From contig OX638337.1 in the NCBI GenBank assembly GCA_951812855.1, forward strand, positions 810,001 through 842,000: 32,000 nt of DNA, read 5' to 3'. Source of the stretch: an uncultured Lentisphaeria bacterium. GTDB taxonomy: Bacteria; Verrucomicrobiota; Lentisphaeria; JABSQK01; JAJFLO01. Below are positions 1-9,764 of this stretch, piece after piece. Position numbers and translations under genes: made by a program. Below the pieces are notes generated by a model that ran no database searches, was not told the DNA's origin, and was given only the letters and a program-made list of their open reading frames with translations. The first letter of the stretch is position 1, and every line of letters starts with the position of its first letter.

Positions 1-879
1 TTTTTTATCTTGAGCCGTCACAGAGACGGTTGCATCAATAACCAGCAGAACAATATCAGCTCGTTTTATTGCGGCCTTTGTTCGGGTCATGCTGAAAAAT
101 TCAACAACAGATTTTACCCTGGACCGTTTGACCATACCTGCTGTATCAATCAGATTGAGATGTAATAATGTATCTTCAACGGGTATCTCCATTGGAATAT
201 CAACTGCGTCGCGCGTTGTTCCGGGTATCTCACTTACGATGACTCGACGCTCATTAAGAAGGCTGTTGACGATTGAGGATTTTCCGACATTGGGTCTGCC
301 GACAAAGGCAACATTTAACCGTTCTATAGAAACTGTCCGGTCATGTTCAATGAAGTCTTTGGTAATTTCATCCAATAAAATATCGATATTTACATTGTGA
401 AGTGATGATACGGGAATAGACTCTCCAAATCCCAATGGTGACAGTGTGCATGCACTGTCGGCTAATTCAGGATTATCAGCTTTATTTGCTGTGTATATAA
501 TTTCTTTTTCTTGTTTCCTTAAGAAGTTCGCTACTTCTGTATCGAGTGGAGTGATTCCTTTAATAATGTCAATTACAAAGATGATTTTGTCAGCACTTTC
601 TATAGCTGCTTTTAACTGATCAATGATAAATCTATCAAACTGATTGGTAATTCGTTCACCCTTGAAATAACCTAACCCGCCGGTATCAATCAGTAAAAAC
701 TCTTTTCCTTCCCATTTCCCTGCAGCAGTAATCCTGTCTCGCGTGACACCACTTTCTTCGTGAACAATTGCGAGTCGACGTTTTATAATTCGATTGAATA
801 ATGCTGATTTCCCAACATTAGGTCTGCCCACAATAGCTATATTGGGTAAATTTAATTTATTCTGATTTAATGTTTCCAT
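1..879 (-). CDS. der: GTPase Der (EngA); N-terminal ~293 codons, 3' end runs off the left edge
   Basis: Absent from the ORF track because it is open to the window edge. My reverse-strand translation from the ATG (complement of 877-879) reads METLNQNKLNLPNIAIVGRPNVGKSALFNRI...DTGG...NKAD, then a second G domain VAFVGRPNVGKSSIVNSLL...DTAG. Tandem GTPase domains are diagnostic of Der/EngA. Confidence 0.9.
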   Translation of the reverse strand, partial: METLNQNKLNLPNIAIVGRPNVGKSALFNRIIKRRLAIVHEESGVTRDRITAAGKWEGKEFLLIDTGGLGYFKGERITNQFDRFIIDQLKAAIESADKIIFVIDIIKGITPLDTEVANFLRKQEKEIIYTANKADNPELADSACTLSPLGFGESIPVSSLHNVNIDILLDEITKDFIEHDRTVSIERLNVAFVGRPNVGKSSIVNSLLNERRVIVSEIPGTTRDAVDIPMEIPVEDTLLHLNLIDTAGMVKRSRVKSVVEFFSMTRTKAAIKRADIVLLVIDATVSVTAQDKK

Positions 880-1141
880 GTTGTCGATTCTACGTTAATT
901 TGAGATATATGATTTTAATAGGGCGATAATATTTATACGACGATTGAATGAATTATTACCGGTATTTCCTGATTGTTTTAAGATAGTGCGAAAGAAATAA
1001 TATACGAAGTTTCCGGCGTTCAGGTGTAGACGACTGTTCATATAACTGAAAAACTTCGTAACTTATTGATAATATGTGATATGATTATCCGCTATACGGT
1101 ATATGGATAATTCAGATTACAATTCAAATCAATGGTCTGAT

Positions 1142-1252
1142 ATGAAAATAGGTATTCTGTCTGAAACACATGAACACACAGAGCACATAAAATCAGCGAT
1201 GACAATGTTAATTGGTAAGAATGTTGATAACATATTACATTTTCGAAATTAG
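1142..1252 (+). pseudogene. Truncated N-terminal stump of a YfcE/MJ0936-type metallophosphoesterase (36 codons, then TAG)
   Basis: Translation is MKIGILSETHEHTEHIKSAMTMLIGKNVDNILHFRN*. It matches the family N-terminus pattern MKIgviSDtHg...vD.iiHlGD, but stops where the second metal-binding block (GD) should be. Family members are normally about 150-180 aa. Confidence 0.35.
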
Positions 1253-1254
1253 CC

Positions 1255-1449
1255 ATGTTTTCACAAGAAATTGCCAGTCATATCGGATTTAAGCCAAAAT
1301 TTATTCATGTCGAAGGCGGACTGGACGCAAATGCCCTGAATACTAAAAACATACCTGCAATAACGCCTGGTGCCGGTCAACATAATACTCATACCATCAA
1401 TGAATGTGATAACGGTTGTCTTTTAGCAGGTTATCTTGCCGTGAATTAA
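1255..1449 (+). pseudogene. C-terminal fragment of an M20-family peptidase (PepT/tripeptidase-like)
   Basis: The 64-aa ORF ...EGGLDANALNTKNIPAITPGAGQHNTHTINE... matches the conserved C-terminal block GG(S/T)DA..f...GIP...lG.G....HT..E of M20 peptidases. The roughly 300 N-terminal residues of such enzymes are missing. It begins 2 nt after the stop of the phosphoesterase stump. Confidence 0.4.
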
Positions 1450-1552
1450 ACAGAGCCCATTTGAAGGATACTATTCTTCTTCCGAACAGTTAAAATCGAA
1501 GGATAGAATCCAAATCTCATTACACTCATTCAAGTTTCATAAGGAAAAACAT

Positions 1553-2317
1553 ATGCTGGCATTTGCAAAGGAAATCATTGTCGATGCGGGTGAAATACTA
1601 AAACATCACTTTAATTCACCCCTTGAAATAAAAACGAAATCAACAAATCGTGACTTAGTTACCCAGGCAGATATTGAAGCGGAAAAATTTATTATCTCTG
1701 CAATTCAGGAACAGTTTCCGAATCATGCAATTTTAGCCGAGGAACATGGTGAAATTGGTATCTCAGACTATATATGGCTGATTGATCCAATTGACGGGAC
1801 CACTAATTTTGCTCACAGTCACCCGATGTTTTGTTCAGTAATTGCCCTTGCTTATCATAATGAAATCATACTGACCGCGATCTATGATCCTCTCCGCGAT
1901 GAATTATTTTCTTCTGAATACGGGAAGGGTGCTTTTCTAAACGACCAACCGATAACGGTTTCCTCAAATTTTACCCTGGCGTCATCTGTACTTGTAACTG
2001 GATTCCCGTATGATCGAGCGACTAATCCGAAAAATAACATGAAGGAATTTTGTAAAATAATGCCGCAGGTACAGGGAATCAGGCGCAGTGGTTCTGCTGC
2101 ATTGGATATGTGTTATATTGCGTGTGGTCGATTAGATGGATATTGGGAGTTTCATCTAAATCCCTGGGATTTTGCCGGCGGAGTACTGCTGGTTCGGGAG
2201 GCAGGTGGTAAAATTTCCAATGTTGATGGCAGTAACTGGTCGATTACATCAAATAATGTCATTGCTGCAAATAAAGAACTTCATCAAGAAATATTGGAAG
2301 TATTGAATCATGACTGA
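1553..2317 (+). CDS. suhB: Inositol monophosphatase family protein (SuhB-like)
   Basis: 254 aa carrying the family motifs ILAEEHGE and WLIDPIDGTTNFAH, plus the C-terminal block WDFAGGVLLVREAGG. Confidence 0.85.
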   Translation: MLAFAKEIIVDAGEILKHHFNSPLEIKTKSTNRDLVTQADIEAEKFIISAIQEQFPNHAILAEEHGEIGISDYIWLIDPIDGTTNFAHSHPMFCSVIALAYHNEIILTAIYDPLRDELFSSEYGKGAFLNDQPITVSSNFTLASSVLVTGFPYDRATNPKNNMKEFCKIMPQVQGIRRSGSAALDMCYIACGRLDGYWEFHLNPWDFAGGVLLVREAGGKISNVDGSNWSITSNNVIAANKELHQEILEVLNHD

Positions 2318-2559
2318 TGTTTTAGGGTTTACAGCAGTAAGTGCCCGAATAGAACCATCGATTAGGATTATTTTTAAGATGAATCGCCTCAAACGATCTT
2401 CATTTTTTCACTCCAGTGAAGTTATGATTTTGGACTGACGCCCACAGATGAGGGTTAATATTCTACCAAATCATTACGTAAAATGGACGGATATTTTTTA
2501 GAAATCTAATTCAGACCTTACTTATTTTATTGAGATATTTGAATCGGTACCTAAACGAA

Positions 2560-4014
2560 ATGACCAGAATCCCTTACTTCATAGAACATTTGGCTGATAA
2601 TAAACCGAATGATAACTGTATTATTGCCGGTTCTCAGCAGCTTACCTTCCAAATGACTAACCATCGCATCGTTTCTATTCAGAATAAATTGTATATACAG
2701 GGGATAAGGAAAGGTGACCGTGTTGCTTTATTCTCTGAAAACTCTGTTGAGTTTGTTATAATATTATTTGCACTGATCAGGCTTGGTGCAATTGCGTGTC
2801 CTTTGAGTATAAGACTTCCCCGGGAAACGTTAGTGTCTCAATTGAATCAAATCGGCAGTTCCTGGTTTATATCCGATGTAAATATGAAATCGAACATTGA
2901 GGACTTATCTGTCAATGTCCTTTCATTCCAGGCGATATTCGAAGAAACTGATCGTAATGGAATTGACATTGAACTGGATCGCAAATGTGCTTATGATCTT
3001 GATCAAACAGCAACTGTAATTTTTTCGTCAGGTTCCACAGGAGAACCCAAAGCAATAGCACATACTGTCGGGAATCATTATTTTAATGCTTTGGGTGCAA
3101 ACGAGAATATACCGCTTATGCATGGTGACCGCTGGCTGTTATCGCTGCCGGTTTATCATGTTGGAGGATTAGCCATCTTATTTCGCTGCATTATTGCGGG
3201 TGCGTCAATAGTTATTCAATCGAATAGAGATATTACCGCAGATGTTCTTAAAAATAATGGTATTACCCATATATCGATGGTACCGACTCAGCTTAAACGA
3301 TTATTAGCAAATCAAAAGAGTGTGGCTTGTTTAAGACAGCTGAAATGCATCCTGCTTGGCGGGGATATTATAGATTCGGGTCTAATCAATGAGATTTTTA
3401 GCAGAGAGCTTCCCGTTGCAGCAACATTTGGTTCAACAGAGATGGCATCTCAAATTACGACAACGCGATTTCAAAATATTGGAAACCGGTTGACTACGTG
3501 CGGGCACGTATTGAAATATCGAAAAATGACTATCGCCGAAGACCATGAAATTTGTGTCAAAGGGAAAACATTATTCAAAGGGTTCGTTAAAAATGGGAAG
3601 CTGATCAAGCGACAAAATGATAATGAATGGTATCGGACCGGTGACCTGGGAGCACGTGATGATAATGGCTGTCTGTCTGTATTCGGACGAAAAGACAATA
3701 TGTTTATTTCCGGTGGAGAAAATATTTATCCAGAGGAGATTGAGCGGTGTTTAAATTCGTTGGAATGCATTGATATTTCTGTTGTCATTCCCGTTTTAGA
3801 TGATGAATTCGGCTATCGTCCTGTGGCTTTTATTAAACCTGCGAAAAGGATACCCATAAATCAGGCTGACATTATATCAGAAATTCAGGTGCAGTTGCCG
3901 AAATTCAAGATCCCAACCCAATTTTTAGAATGGCCGGATGCGTATCAGAATGTCAGTTTAAAATTGGACAGGCTATATTTCAAGAAATTATTTCACGTTT
4001 CAGAGGAGCACTGA
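2560..4014 (+). CDS. menE: AMP-dependent synthetase/ligase, O-succinylbenzoate-CoA ligase-like
   Basis: AMP-binding motif IFSSGSTGEPKA. The block VGNHYFNALGANENIPLMHGDRWLLSLPVYHVGGLAILFR parallels B. subtilis MenE (FGNHYFSAVSS...DRWLIALPLFHISGL) as I recall it. Also YRTGDLG and ISGGENIYPEEIE. The ORF track starts at TTG 2530; I prefer ATG 2560 (MTRIPYF...), but the start is uncertain. Confidence 0.6.
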   Translation: MTRIPYFIEHLADNKPNDNCIIAGSQQLTFQMTNHRIVSIQNKLYIQGIRKGDRVALFSENSVEFVIILFALIRLGAIACPLSIRLPRETLVSQLNQIGSSWFISDVNMKSNIEDLSVNVLSFQAIFEETDRNGIDIELDRKCAYDLDQTATVIFSSGSTGEPKAIAHTVGNHYFNALGANENIPLMHGDRWLLSLPVYHVGGLAILFRCIIAGASIVIQSNRDITADVLKNNGITHISMVPTQLKRLLANQKSVACLRQLKCILLGGDIIDSGLINEIFSRELPVAATFGSTEMASQITTTRFQNIGNRLTTCGHVLKYRKMTIAEDHEICVKGKTLFKGFVKNGKLIKRQNDNEWYRTGDLGARDDNGCLSVFGRKDNMFISGGENIYPEEIERCLNSLECIDISVVIPVLDDEFGYRPVAFIKPAKRIPINQADIISEIQVQLPKFKIPTQFLEWPDAYQNVSLKLDRLYFKKLFHVSEEH

Positions 4015-4114
4015 ATATGGACAATAAATTGATCCGTTATCATTATTACAGCCAATCACCGGGTTAATCTTAGTTATTGCCTGATCAAAATCGTATACAT
4101 CCTTAGGAAAAATA

Positions 4115-7100
4115 ATGCATATAATTCATGGCTCCTGGGTACCGGCCGGAGGAAATCATTTTCTTAACAACGGCCACTTTTGCCTTTGGGTAGAAATTGA
4201 TCCTCAATCAAAAACGCATCCGAAATCGGATTCGGCTCACCCGTTTCATTTACAAAATGGCGATGCTGTTGATTTTCTTTGTGATGCAACGAAAATATTC
4301 CCTTCCAGCGGGAGGTTTAGACAGCATGAAATAAAAACGTTGTATTTTAACTTACCCTCAAATGATCATCAGCCCTATCCATCATATGAATTATCCAGAT
4401 ATTTAGGAATTGATATTCCAGGCGACTTTAAGTGGCAGTATTGGCAGATCGATACGATCGAGTTGGATAATATCGTTTCATCACTTGCCGAAATTTTATT
4501 CCTCCATTATCATTTACCTGATGATATTAAACTTGGACAGGATGTTTTATTTTGGTGTCAATATTTACAGTCCTTCCAATATATCCTGCGCAAAGATCAT
4601 TATATCCCTGCTATTAGATGTGAGAGGAAAACGAAATCCGAATTCGATTATCATGCAGGCTGGGACATTGTGTCAACTCAATACGAAGAATTCATTGAAT
4701 ATTTTAGTAATAATATGCCGTATATCTGTGCGGGCGGATTTGATCAGAAACCTGACACTGCCGGTAACTTTAATCAAAAGAATCTACTAAGGCATTTTAG
4801 TGAAAACCTTCTTGATGATCTTGTTGCACGAACTTCATTTACTCCCCGGCTATGCAGACAGATGGAAGGAACCCTCCTTGCTAAATGTACCTACGACCAC
4901 TATGTCTGGCCGCCTGAAAACTGGGAAGCTGTCTGGAGTAAATGGTATAATTGGTATATTCAAATTACCCATCGATATGCTGAATCTGAATTCAATCTTT
5001 GTTTTCGACTGATTAGTGCAGAGTCTAAAACTCCGGAGAATTGGTCAATTGAATTTTTAGTTGAATCCCGCAAGGACCCGTCATTTAAGTTCTCATTGGA
5101 TGAGTATTGGTCAGCAACAGAGACTGAAAGAGACAAATATAGCCATTTTACGGGTGAAAATTTTAAGCAGTATCTTTTATTGTTATTGGGACAGGCAAGC
5201 AAGATATATACCCTGATTGAGTCTGGTTTAGAAACGCATGAGCCAACTCACATAAAATTAAATTTGACCGAAGCAATTCGGTTTATTAAAGAAGATGCAT
5301 GGATTCTGCAGGAAGCTGGATTTAAGGTGATGATCCCGTCCTGGTGGACGCCGAAAGGGAGGCGGCAAACCTATCTGCGCATGCGGTCTAAACTTAGCTC
5401 AACGAATCAAACATCAAATGTAAAAAGTCTCTCGTACAAAACGTTATTGAATTTTGAATACCAATTGGCGATCCGGGGCGAAGTTGTTACTCAAAACGAA
5501 TGGAAGCAACTGGTCGAGAATAAACAGGAACTGGTGTTTTTTCGTGGTGAATGGATGGAACTGGATTTATCCAGAATGCAGGAGACTCTTGAATTCTGGG
5601 AAACGCATCAGAATCAAGATAATGATTTAGTACTCTCTGAGGTATTACGTCGATCACTGGAAGGTGTCGGTAATATTGAATTTGATGTGGACGATAATCT
5701 TTCCCGTCTTCTTGGTGGATTATATGATAAAAGCCAATTTAAAATACTTGGTAAACCCCGAGGGTTTAAAGGAAAATTAAGGGCTTATCAGAAACGCGGC
5801 TTTTCCTGGCTCTACTATCTTGAAAATGTGGGTATGAGTTCGTGTTTAGCTGATGATATGGGGTTGGGCAAAACCATTCAGGTTATCGCTCTTCTGCTAA
5901 GTAAGAAGAAAGGAGACCTGAAACCCACTTTAATTATTGCGCCGACCTCTGTTCTGGGTAATTGGGAGAAAGAATTGCAGCGGTTCAGTCCGGGTCTAAT
6001 GATCATGATCCATCATGGATCGGTCAGGGAAAAGGATCATAAAAATTTTATCCTGGAAATGGGAAAATATGATGTTGTCATCACATCATATACCCTGGCA
6101 AGAAAGGACAATTCACTGTTTTCCAACTTAATATGGGAACGCATTATTCTGGATGAAGCACAAAATATCAAGAACCCGTCATCACAGCAGACGAAGGCTG
6201 TTACCCGGTTAAAGGCAAACCACCGTGCAGTCTTAACCGGAACTCCTATTGAAAACCGGCTGCTGGATTTGTGGTCTGTTTTTAACTTTCTGAATCCCGG
6301 CTATCTCGGTACCTTAACCTCCTTTAAGAAACGATTCGAAATTCCAATTCAGAAAAATAATGATGAACAGAGAACGATGCTTCTTAGGAAATTGGTTGAG
6401 CCGTTTATTTTAAGACGATTAAAAACCGACAAATCTATCAGCAAAGATTTACCGGATAAACTGGAACAGAACGTGTATTGTTATTTAACAAAAGAACAGG
6501 GATCACTGTATCAGGCTGTGGTAAATAATGTCGAACACGCATTGCAAAATGCTCAAGAAGGGATTCAGCGAAAAGGTATAATACTTGCAACATTGATGAA
6601 ACTTAAACAAATTTGTAATCATCCCAGTCAGTTCCTTCAGGATAACAGTCCGTTTTCCATAATACGCTCACACAAGCTTGGCCGTGTAAAGGATATGGTC
6701 GAAGAAATAATTGAACGTGGGGAAAGCGTACTCATTTTCAGTCAATTTACTGATATATGCGGCAATTTAGAGCAATTATTTAAATTTGAATATCATTACA
6801 ATACGTACTATCTACATGGTGGTACAATGCGTAAAAAACGAGAACAGATGATTGCTGAATTTCAGAATGACGAAACCGAACCTTCAGTATTTATTTTATC
6901 CCTTAAAGCCGGTGGTGTTGGCATCAACCTGACCAAGGCGAATCATGTTTTCCATTTTGATCGGTGGTGGAATCCAGCTGTTGAAAATCAAGCAACAGAC
7001 CGGGCCTATCGAATCGGTCAGCATAAAACCGTTTTTGCCCACAAATTTATCGCAAAGGGAACATTTGAAGAACGCATCGATGAAATGTTGGCAAAAAAAC

Positions 7101-7210
7101 AAAAACTCGCTGATACGATCGTCGGGGCAGGTGAGTCCTGGCTGACGGAACTGAATAATGAAGCATTTCGTAAACTTATCCAATTAAACCAATTCTCTGT
7201 TGCAGAATAA
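4115..7210 (+). CDS. SNF2-family helicase/ATPase with a long uncharacterised N-terminal half (DUF3670-type architecture)
   Basis: 1031 aa. SNF2 motifs: LADDMGLGKT (GLGKT at 5861-5875), DEAQNIKN (DEAQ at 6152-6163), LTGTPIENRL, FSQF, LSLKAGGVGINLT and DRWWNPAVENQATDRAYRIGQ. N-terminus MHIIHGSWVP...FCLWVE and the block FEYQLAIRGEVVTQNEWKQLVENKQELVFFRGEWMELD resemble the region preceding the SNF2 core in this bacterial subfamily. Confidence 0.9.
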   Translation: MHIIHGSWVPAGGNHFLNNGHFCLWVEIDPQSKTHPKSDSAHPFHLQNGDAVDFLCDATKIFPSSGRFRQHEIKTLYFNLPSNDHQPYPSYELSRYLGIDIPGDFKWQYWQIDTIELDNIVSSLAEILFLHYHLPDDIKLGQDVLFWCQYLQSFQYILRKDHYIPAIRCERKTKSEFDYHAGWDIVSTQYEEFIEYFSNNMPYICAGGFDQKPDTAGNFNQKNLLRHFSENLLDDLVARTSFTPRLCRQMEGTLLAKCTYDHYVWPPENWEAVWSKWYNWYIQITHRYAESEFNLCFRLISAESKTPENWSIEFLVESRKDPSFKFSLDEYWSATETERDKYSHFTGENFKQYLLLLLGQASKIYTLIESGLETHEPTHIKLNLTEAIRFIKEDAWILQEAGFKVMIPSWWTPKGRRQTYLRMRSKLSSTNQTSNVKSLSYKTLLNFEYQLAIRGEVVTQNEWKQLVENKQELVFFRGEWMELDLSRMQETLEFWETHQNQDNDLVLSEVLRRSLEGVGNIEFDVDDNLSRLLGGLYDKSQFKILGKPRGFKGKLRAYQKRGFSWLYYLENVGMSSCLADDMGLGKTIQVIALLLSKKKGDLKPTLIIAPTSVLGNWEKELQRFSPGLMIMIHHGSVREKDHKNFILEMGKYDVVITSYTLARKDNSLFSNLIWERIILDEAQNIKNPSSQQTKAVTRLKANHRAVLTGTPIENRLLDLWSVFNFLNPGYLGTLTSFKKRFEIPIQKNNDEQRTMLLRKLVEPFILRRLKTDKSISKDLPDKLEQNVYCYLTKEQGSLYQAVVNNVEHALQNAQEGIQRKGIILATLMKLKQICNHPSQFLQDNSPFSIIRSHKLGRVKDMVEEIIERGESVLIFSQFTDICGNLEQLFKFEYHYNTYYLHGGTMRKKREQMIAEFQNDETEPSVFILSLKAGGVGINLTKANHVFHFDRWWNPAVENQATDRAYRIGQHKTVFAHKFIAKGTFEERIDEMLAKKQKLADTIVGAGESWLTELNNEAFRKLIQLNQFSVAE

Positions 7211-7306
7211 TAACTTTTTATATAGAGCTGCGTAGAGCACGAACTAAAATCTTTTTAAACTTCGTTATCAGCTGTTTAATTTGACATACAAACAGGATTT
7301 GAAAAT

Positions 7307-8140
7307 ATGGCAAAAATTAGTCGGACATGGTGGGGTAATCGATTTTTTCGGGCGTTGGAAGAATTTATGGATCCGCATCGACTGAAGCGGGGAAAAGCCT
7401 ACAGAAATGAAAACAGGATTCTTTCATGGCAGGCAAAAAAGAATATTGTCTCAGCAAGAATGAAAGGTAACATAAATGAATACTGTGGTGTTTTTGATGT
7501 GCCTTATTACGACGTGAAAATTAAATTTAATCGCATTGCTAAACCAAAATGGTCAGAAATCATAAATAACATTGCGTGCAATGCAAGCGGTTTATCACGA
7601 TTGATGCTCGGAGAAATTCCACCGAAAATCGAAGAGGTTTTTTCAATCTCTAATGAACATTTTTTACCTAAAAATAATCATGATCTTAATACCCAGTGTT
7701 CCTGCCCTGATTTAGAAAAACCGTGCAAGCATATTGCCGGACTCTATTTCAGACTCGCGGAGCAGCTGGACAGCGATCCAGTCCTGCTCTTTGAGCTTCG
7801 GGGATTGCCGCGGGAGAAATTGCAGGAGTTGTTACTGAAAACCGAATTAGGCGCTGCTCTAAGTAACTGGCTTGCTGAAATGCGATCTGACACGTTTGAA
7901 CCGGATCGGCATTTTTTTACTCAGCCTGAATTGGAACCCGTTCCTGCTACAAGCAATTTTCATAAATCCTGGGGCATCGGATTCAAGCCACCGAAACTAA
8001 ACATAAAATCATCCGCTGTTATACCCGCAGTTTTAATCAAAAAACAAGGCGATTATCCTCCTTTCTGGTCAAAAGACGGGTCATTCATTCTAACAATGGA
8101 AAAGATCTACGCTGAAATTAAAAAGAAAAATAAATTGTAG
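7307..8140 (+). CDS. SWIM zinc-finger protein
   Basis: 277 aa with the CxCx6CxH SWIM signature CSCPDLEKPCKH (7697-7732), followed by IAGLYFRLAEQLDSDPVLLFELRG. Same strand, 96 bp downstream of the SNF2 gene. Confidence 0.85.
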   Translation: MAKISRTWWGNRFFRALEEFMDPHRLKRGKAYRNENRILSWQAKKNIVSARMKGNINEYCGVFDVPYYDVKIKFNRIAKPKWSEIINNIACNASGLSRLMLGEIPPKIEEVFSISNEHFLPKNNHDLNTQCSCPDLEKPCKHIAGLYFRLAEQLDSDPVLLFELRGLPREKLQELLLKTELGAALSNWLAEMRSDTFEPDRHFFTQPELEPVPATSNFHKSWGIGFKPPKLNIKSSAVIPAVLIKKQGDYPPFWSKDGSFILTMEKIYAEIKKKNKL

Positions 8141-8434
8141 TCGATGTCGTGAGTCGGCTGCAACATCAATACACAGGCGAACAGTCAATCATATACTGAA
8201 TATTTCTTACAGATTTTATAAGTTATTAATTGAACATGATTTTTTGCTGACCGATTAATTGTTCTACGGTCAGTTGCCTGGAAGCACTACATACATTCCT
8301 GAGAAAGTTGACACTTCTATAGATGCTGAAGTAATGGTCACATCCAATCCTGCTGATGTCTTTGAACTTTGTATAACTTTATTTAAAAAATTTTCTCGCA
8401 GCTCGTTGTCAATCACTTTGTGTACGCCCGGGAC

Positions 8435-8463
8435 GGGGACGAACGAATGGGGTTAACGTCCCC
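8435..8463. terminator. GC-rich hairpin in the convergent gap between the SWIM and DUF1015 genes (possible bidirectional terminator)
   Basis: GGGGACG (8435-8441) pairs with CGTCCCC (8457-8463) across a 15-nt loop, and it is the only GC-rich island in the 394-bp gap. No U-run follows on either strand, so terminator function is doubtful. Confidence 0.2.
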
Positions 8464-8534
8464 TGTACGTTGACATTCTGGAATAACGCTAAAATTTTTA
8501 AATGCCCCGCAATTGACAGTACTGAAGTCATAGA

Positions 8535-9764
8535 CTAGAAGCAATGACACACAAGCCCATCTCTTAATTTGGGTTCAAACCAGGTAGATTTTGGCGGCAT
8601 GATCATATCCGCATCGGAAACATCCATAAGTTCATTAATCGTGACTGGATGCAGAGCAAAAGCGATATTGGATTCTCCATTATCCACAAGTTGCTCTAAT
8701 TTCTTTGTACCATGTATGCCCCCGACGAATCCAATTCGCTTATTTGTTCGAGGATCATCAATGCCCAGAATTGGATTTAAAATCCGGTTTTGCAAAATAC
8801 TGACATCCAAATCCTCAACAATCGAACCTTTTATTTCGGATGTTTTGGGACGAAGACAATACCAGGTATGGTTCAGATACATATGAAATGTTTTTTTATC
8901 TACTGATTGAACTGAATCCAATTTTTCTATTCTAAAGTTTTCTTCGATTCCTGATAAGAATTGTTCTTCTGACAAACCGTTTAGATCTTTCACCACGCGA
9001 TTGTATGCAAGGATTTCTAACTGATCTGCCGGGAAAATTACACTGAGGAAACGATTATAATCTTCATTTCCTGTATGGTTGCTATTGTCCTGTTGAAGAG
9101 TTTCTCGCGTTCTGCCTGCACTCTTAGCCCGATGATGCCCGTCTGCAATATATAATGCTGATATCTGATGAAAGATAGATTTTATAATTTCTGATTGGTC
9201 TTCAGCAACTCTCCAAATTTTGTGCCGGATCCCGTCATCAGCATCAACGCATAAACAGGGATCTTTAGACATCGATGTATTTATTATTTCTGTAATTTTT
9301 TTATCCGGTTTACATGCTAAAAAAACAGGTCCGGTATGTGATCTGATTTTTATTATATGCCGGGTCCGGTCATCTTCTTTGTCCTTACGAGTTAATTCAT
9401 GTTTTTTTATTCGGTTTGAATCATAGTCATCAACTGATGCAGCGGCAACAAGTCCACTTTGAACACGACCGTTCATGGTTAGTGAATAAACATAAAAAGA
9501 AGGTATTGAATCAAAAACCAGGACACCTTTGTCCTGAAGGTTATTAAAGTTATCCAGTGCTCGATCATAAACCTGATTACTGTATGGATCTACTTCTGCT
9601 GGCAACTCAAGTTCAGAGCGAGATACCCGCAAAAAACTATTGGGATTATTCTCAGCGAGAATCTCGGCTTCTTTTCGTGTCATAACATCATAAGGAGGTG
9701 CTGCAACAGATTTTGCAGTTTCTTGTAAAGGCAACAGGCCCTTAAACGGAAATATATTGATCAC
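8535..9764 (-). CDS. DUF1015 family protein (uncharacterised)
   Basis: 409 aa. N-terminus MINIFPFKGLLP...VAAPPYDVMTRKEAE..NPNSFLRV, then FYVYSLTMNGRVQSGLVAAASVDDYDSNRIKKHELTRKDKEDDRTRHI...TGPVFL, matching the conserved blocks I associate with DUF1015. Confidence 0.8.
   Translation of the reverse strand: MINIFPFKGLLPLQETAKSVAAPPYDVMTRKEAEILAENNPNSFLRVSRSELELPAEVDPYSNQVYDRALDNFNNLQDKGVLVFDSIPSFYVYSLTMNGRVQSGLVAAASVDDYDSNRIKKHELTRKDKEDDRTRHIIKIRSHTGPVFLACKPDKKITEIINTSMSKDPCLCVDADDGIRHKIWRVAEDQSEIIKSIFHQISALYIADGHHRAKSAGRTRETLQQDNSNHTGNEDYNRFLSVIFPADQLEILAYNRVVKDLNGLSEEQFLSGIEENFRIEKLDSVQSVDKKTFHMYLNHTWYCLRPKTSEIKGSIVEDLDVSILQNRILNPILGIDDPRTNKRIGFVGGIHGTKKLEQLVDNGESNIAFALHPVTINELMDVSDADMIMPPKSTWFEPKLRDGLVCHCF

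Noticed and set aside
89-400. 103-aa plus-strand ORF at the left end
   Set aside because: It lies entirely antisense to the der coding sequence, whose translation shows unmistakable GTPase motifs. Its own product has no motif, so it is a shadow ORF.
1084-1111. Inverted repeat ATTATCC-N14-GGATAAT upstream of the phosphoesterase stump
   Set aside because: A 7-bp AT-rich stem with a long loop is expected by chance in this composition. No U-run follows and it sits beside a dead gene.
4115-8140. Calling the SNF2/SWIM pair a phage-defence system
   Set aside because: There is no adjacent nuclease, methyltransferase, PglZ/ZorA-like partner, integrase or other defence gene, and the flanks are housekeeping genes. 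The pair is reported as uncharacterised, not as defence.
8259-8456. 65-aa ORF, and a 48-codon antisense frame, in the gap between the SWIM and DUF1015 genes
   Set aside because: No start context, no motif and no family resemblance. It is probably non-coding or degraded beyond recognition.
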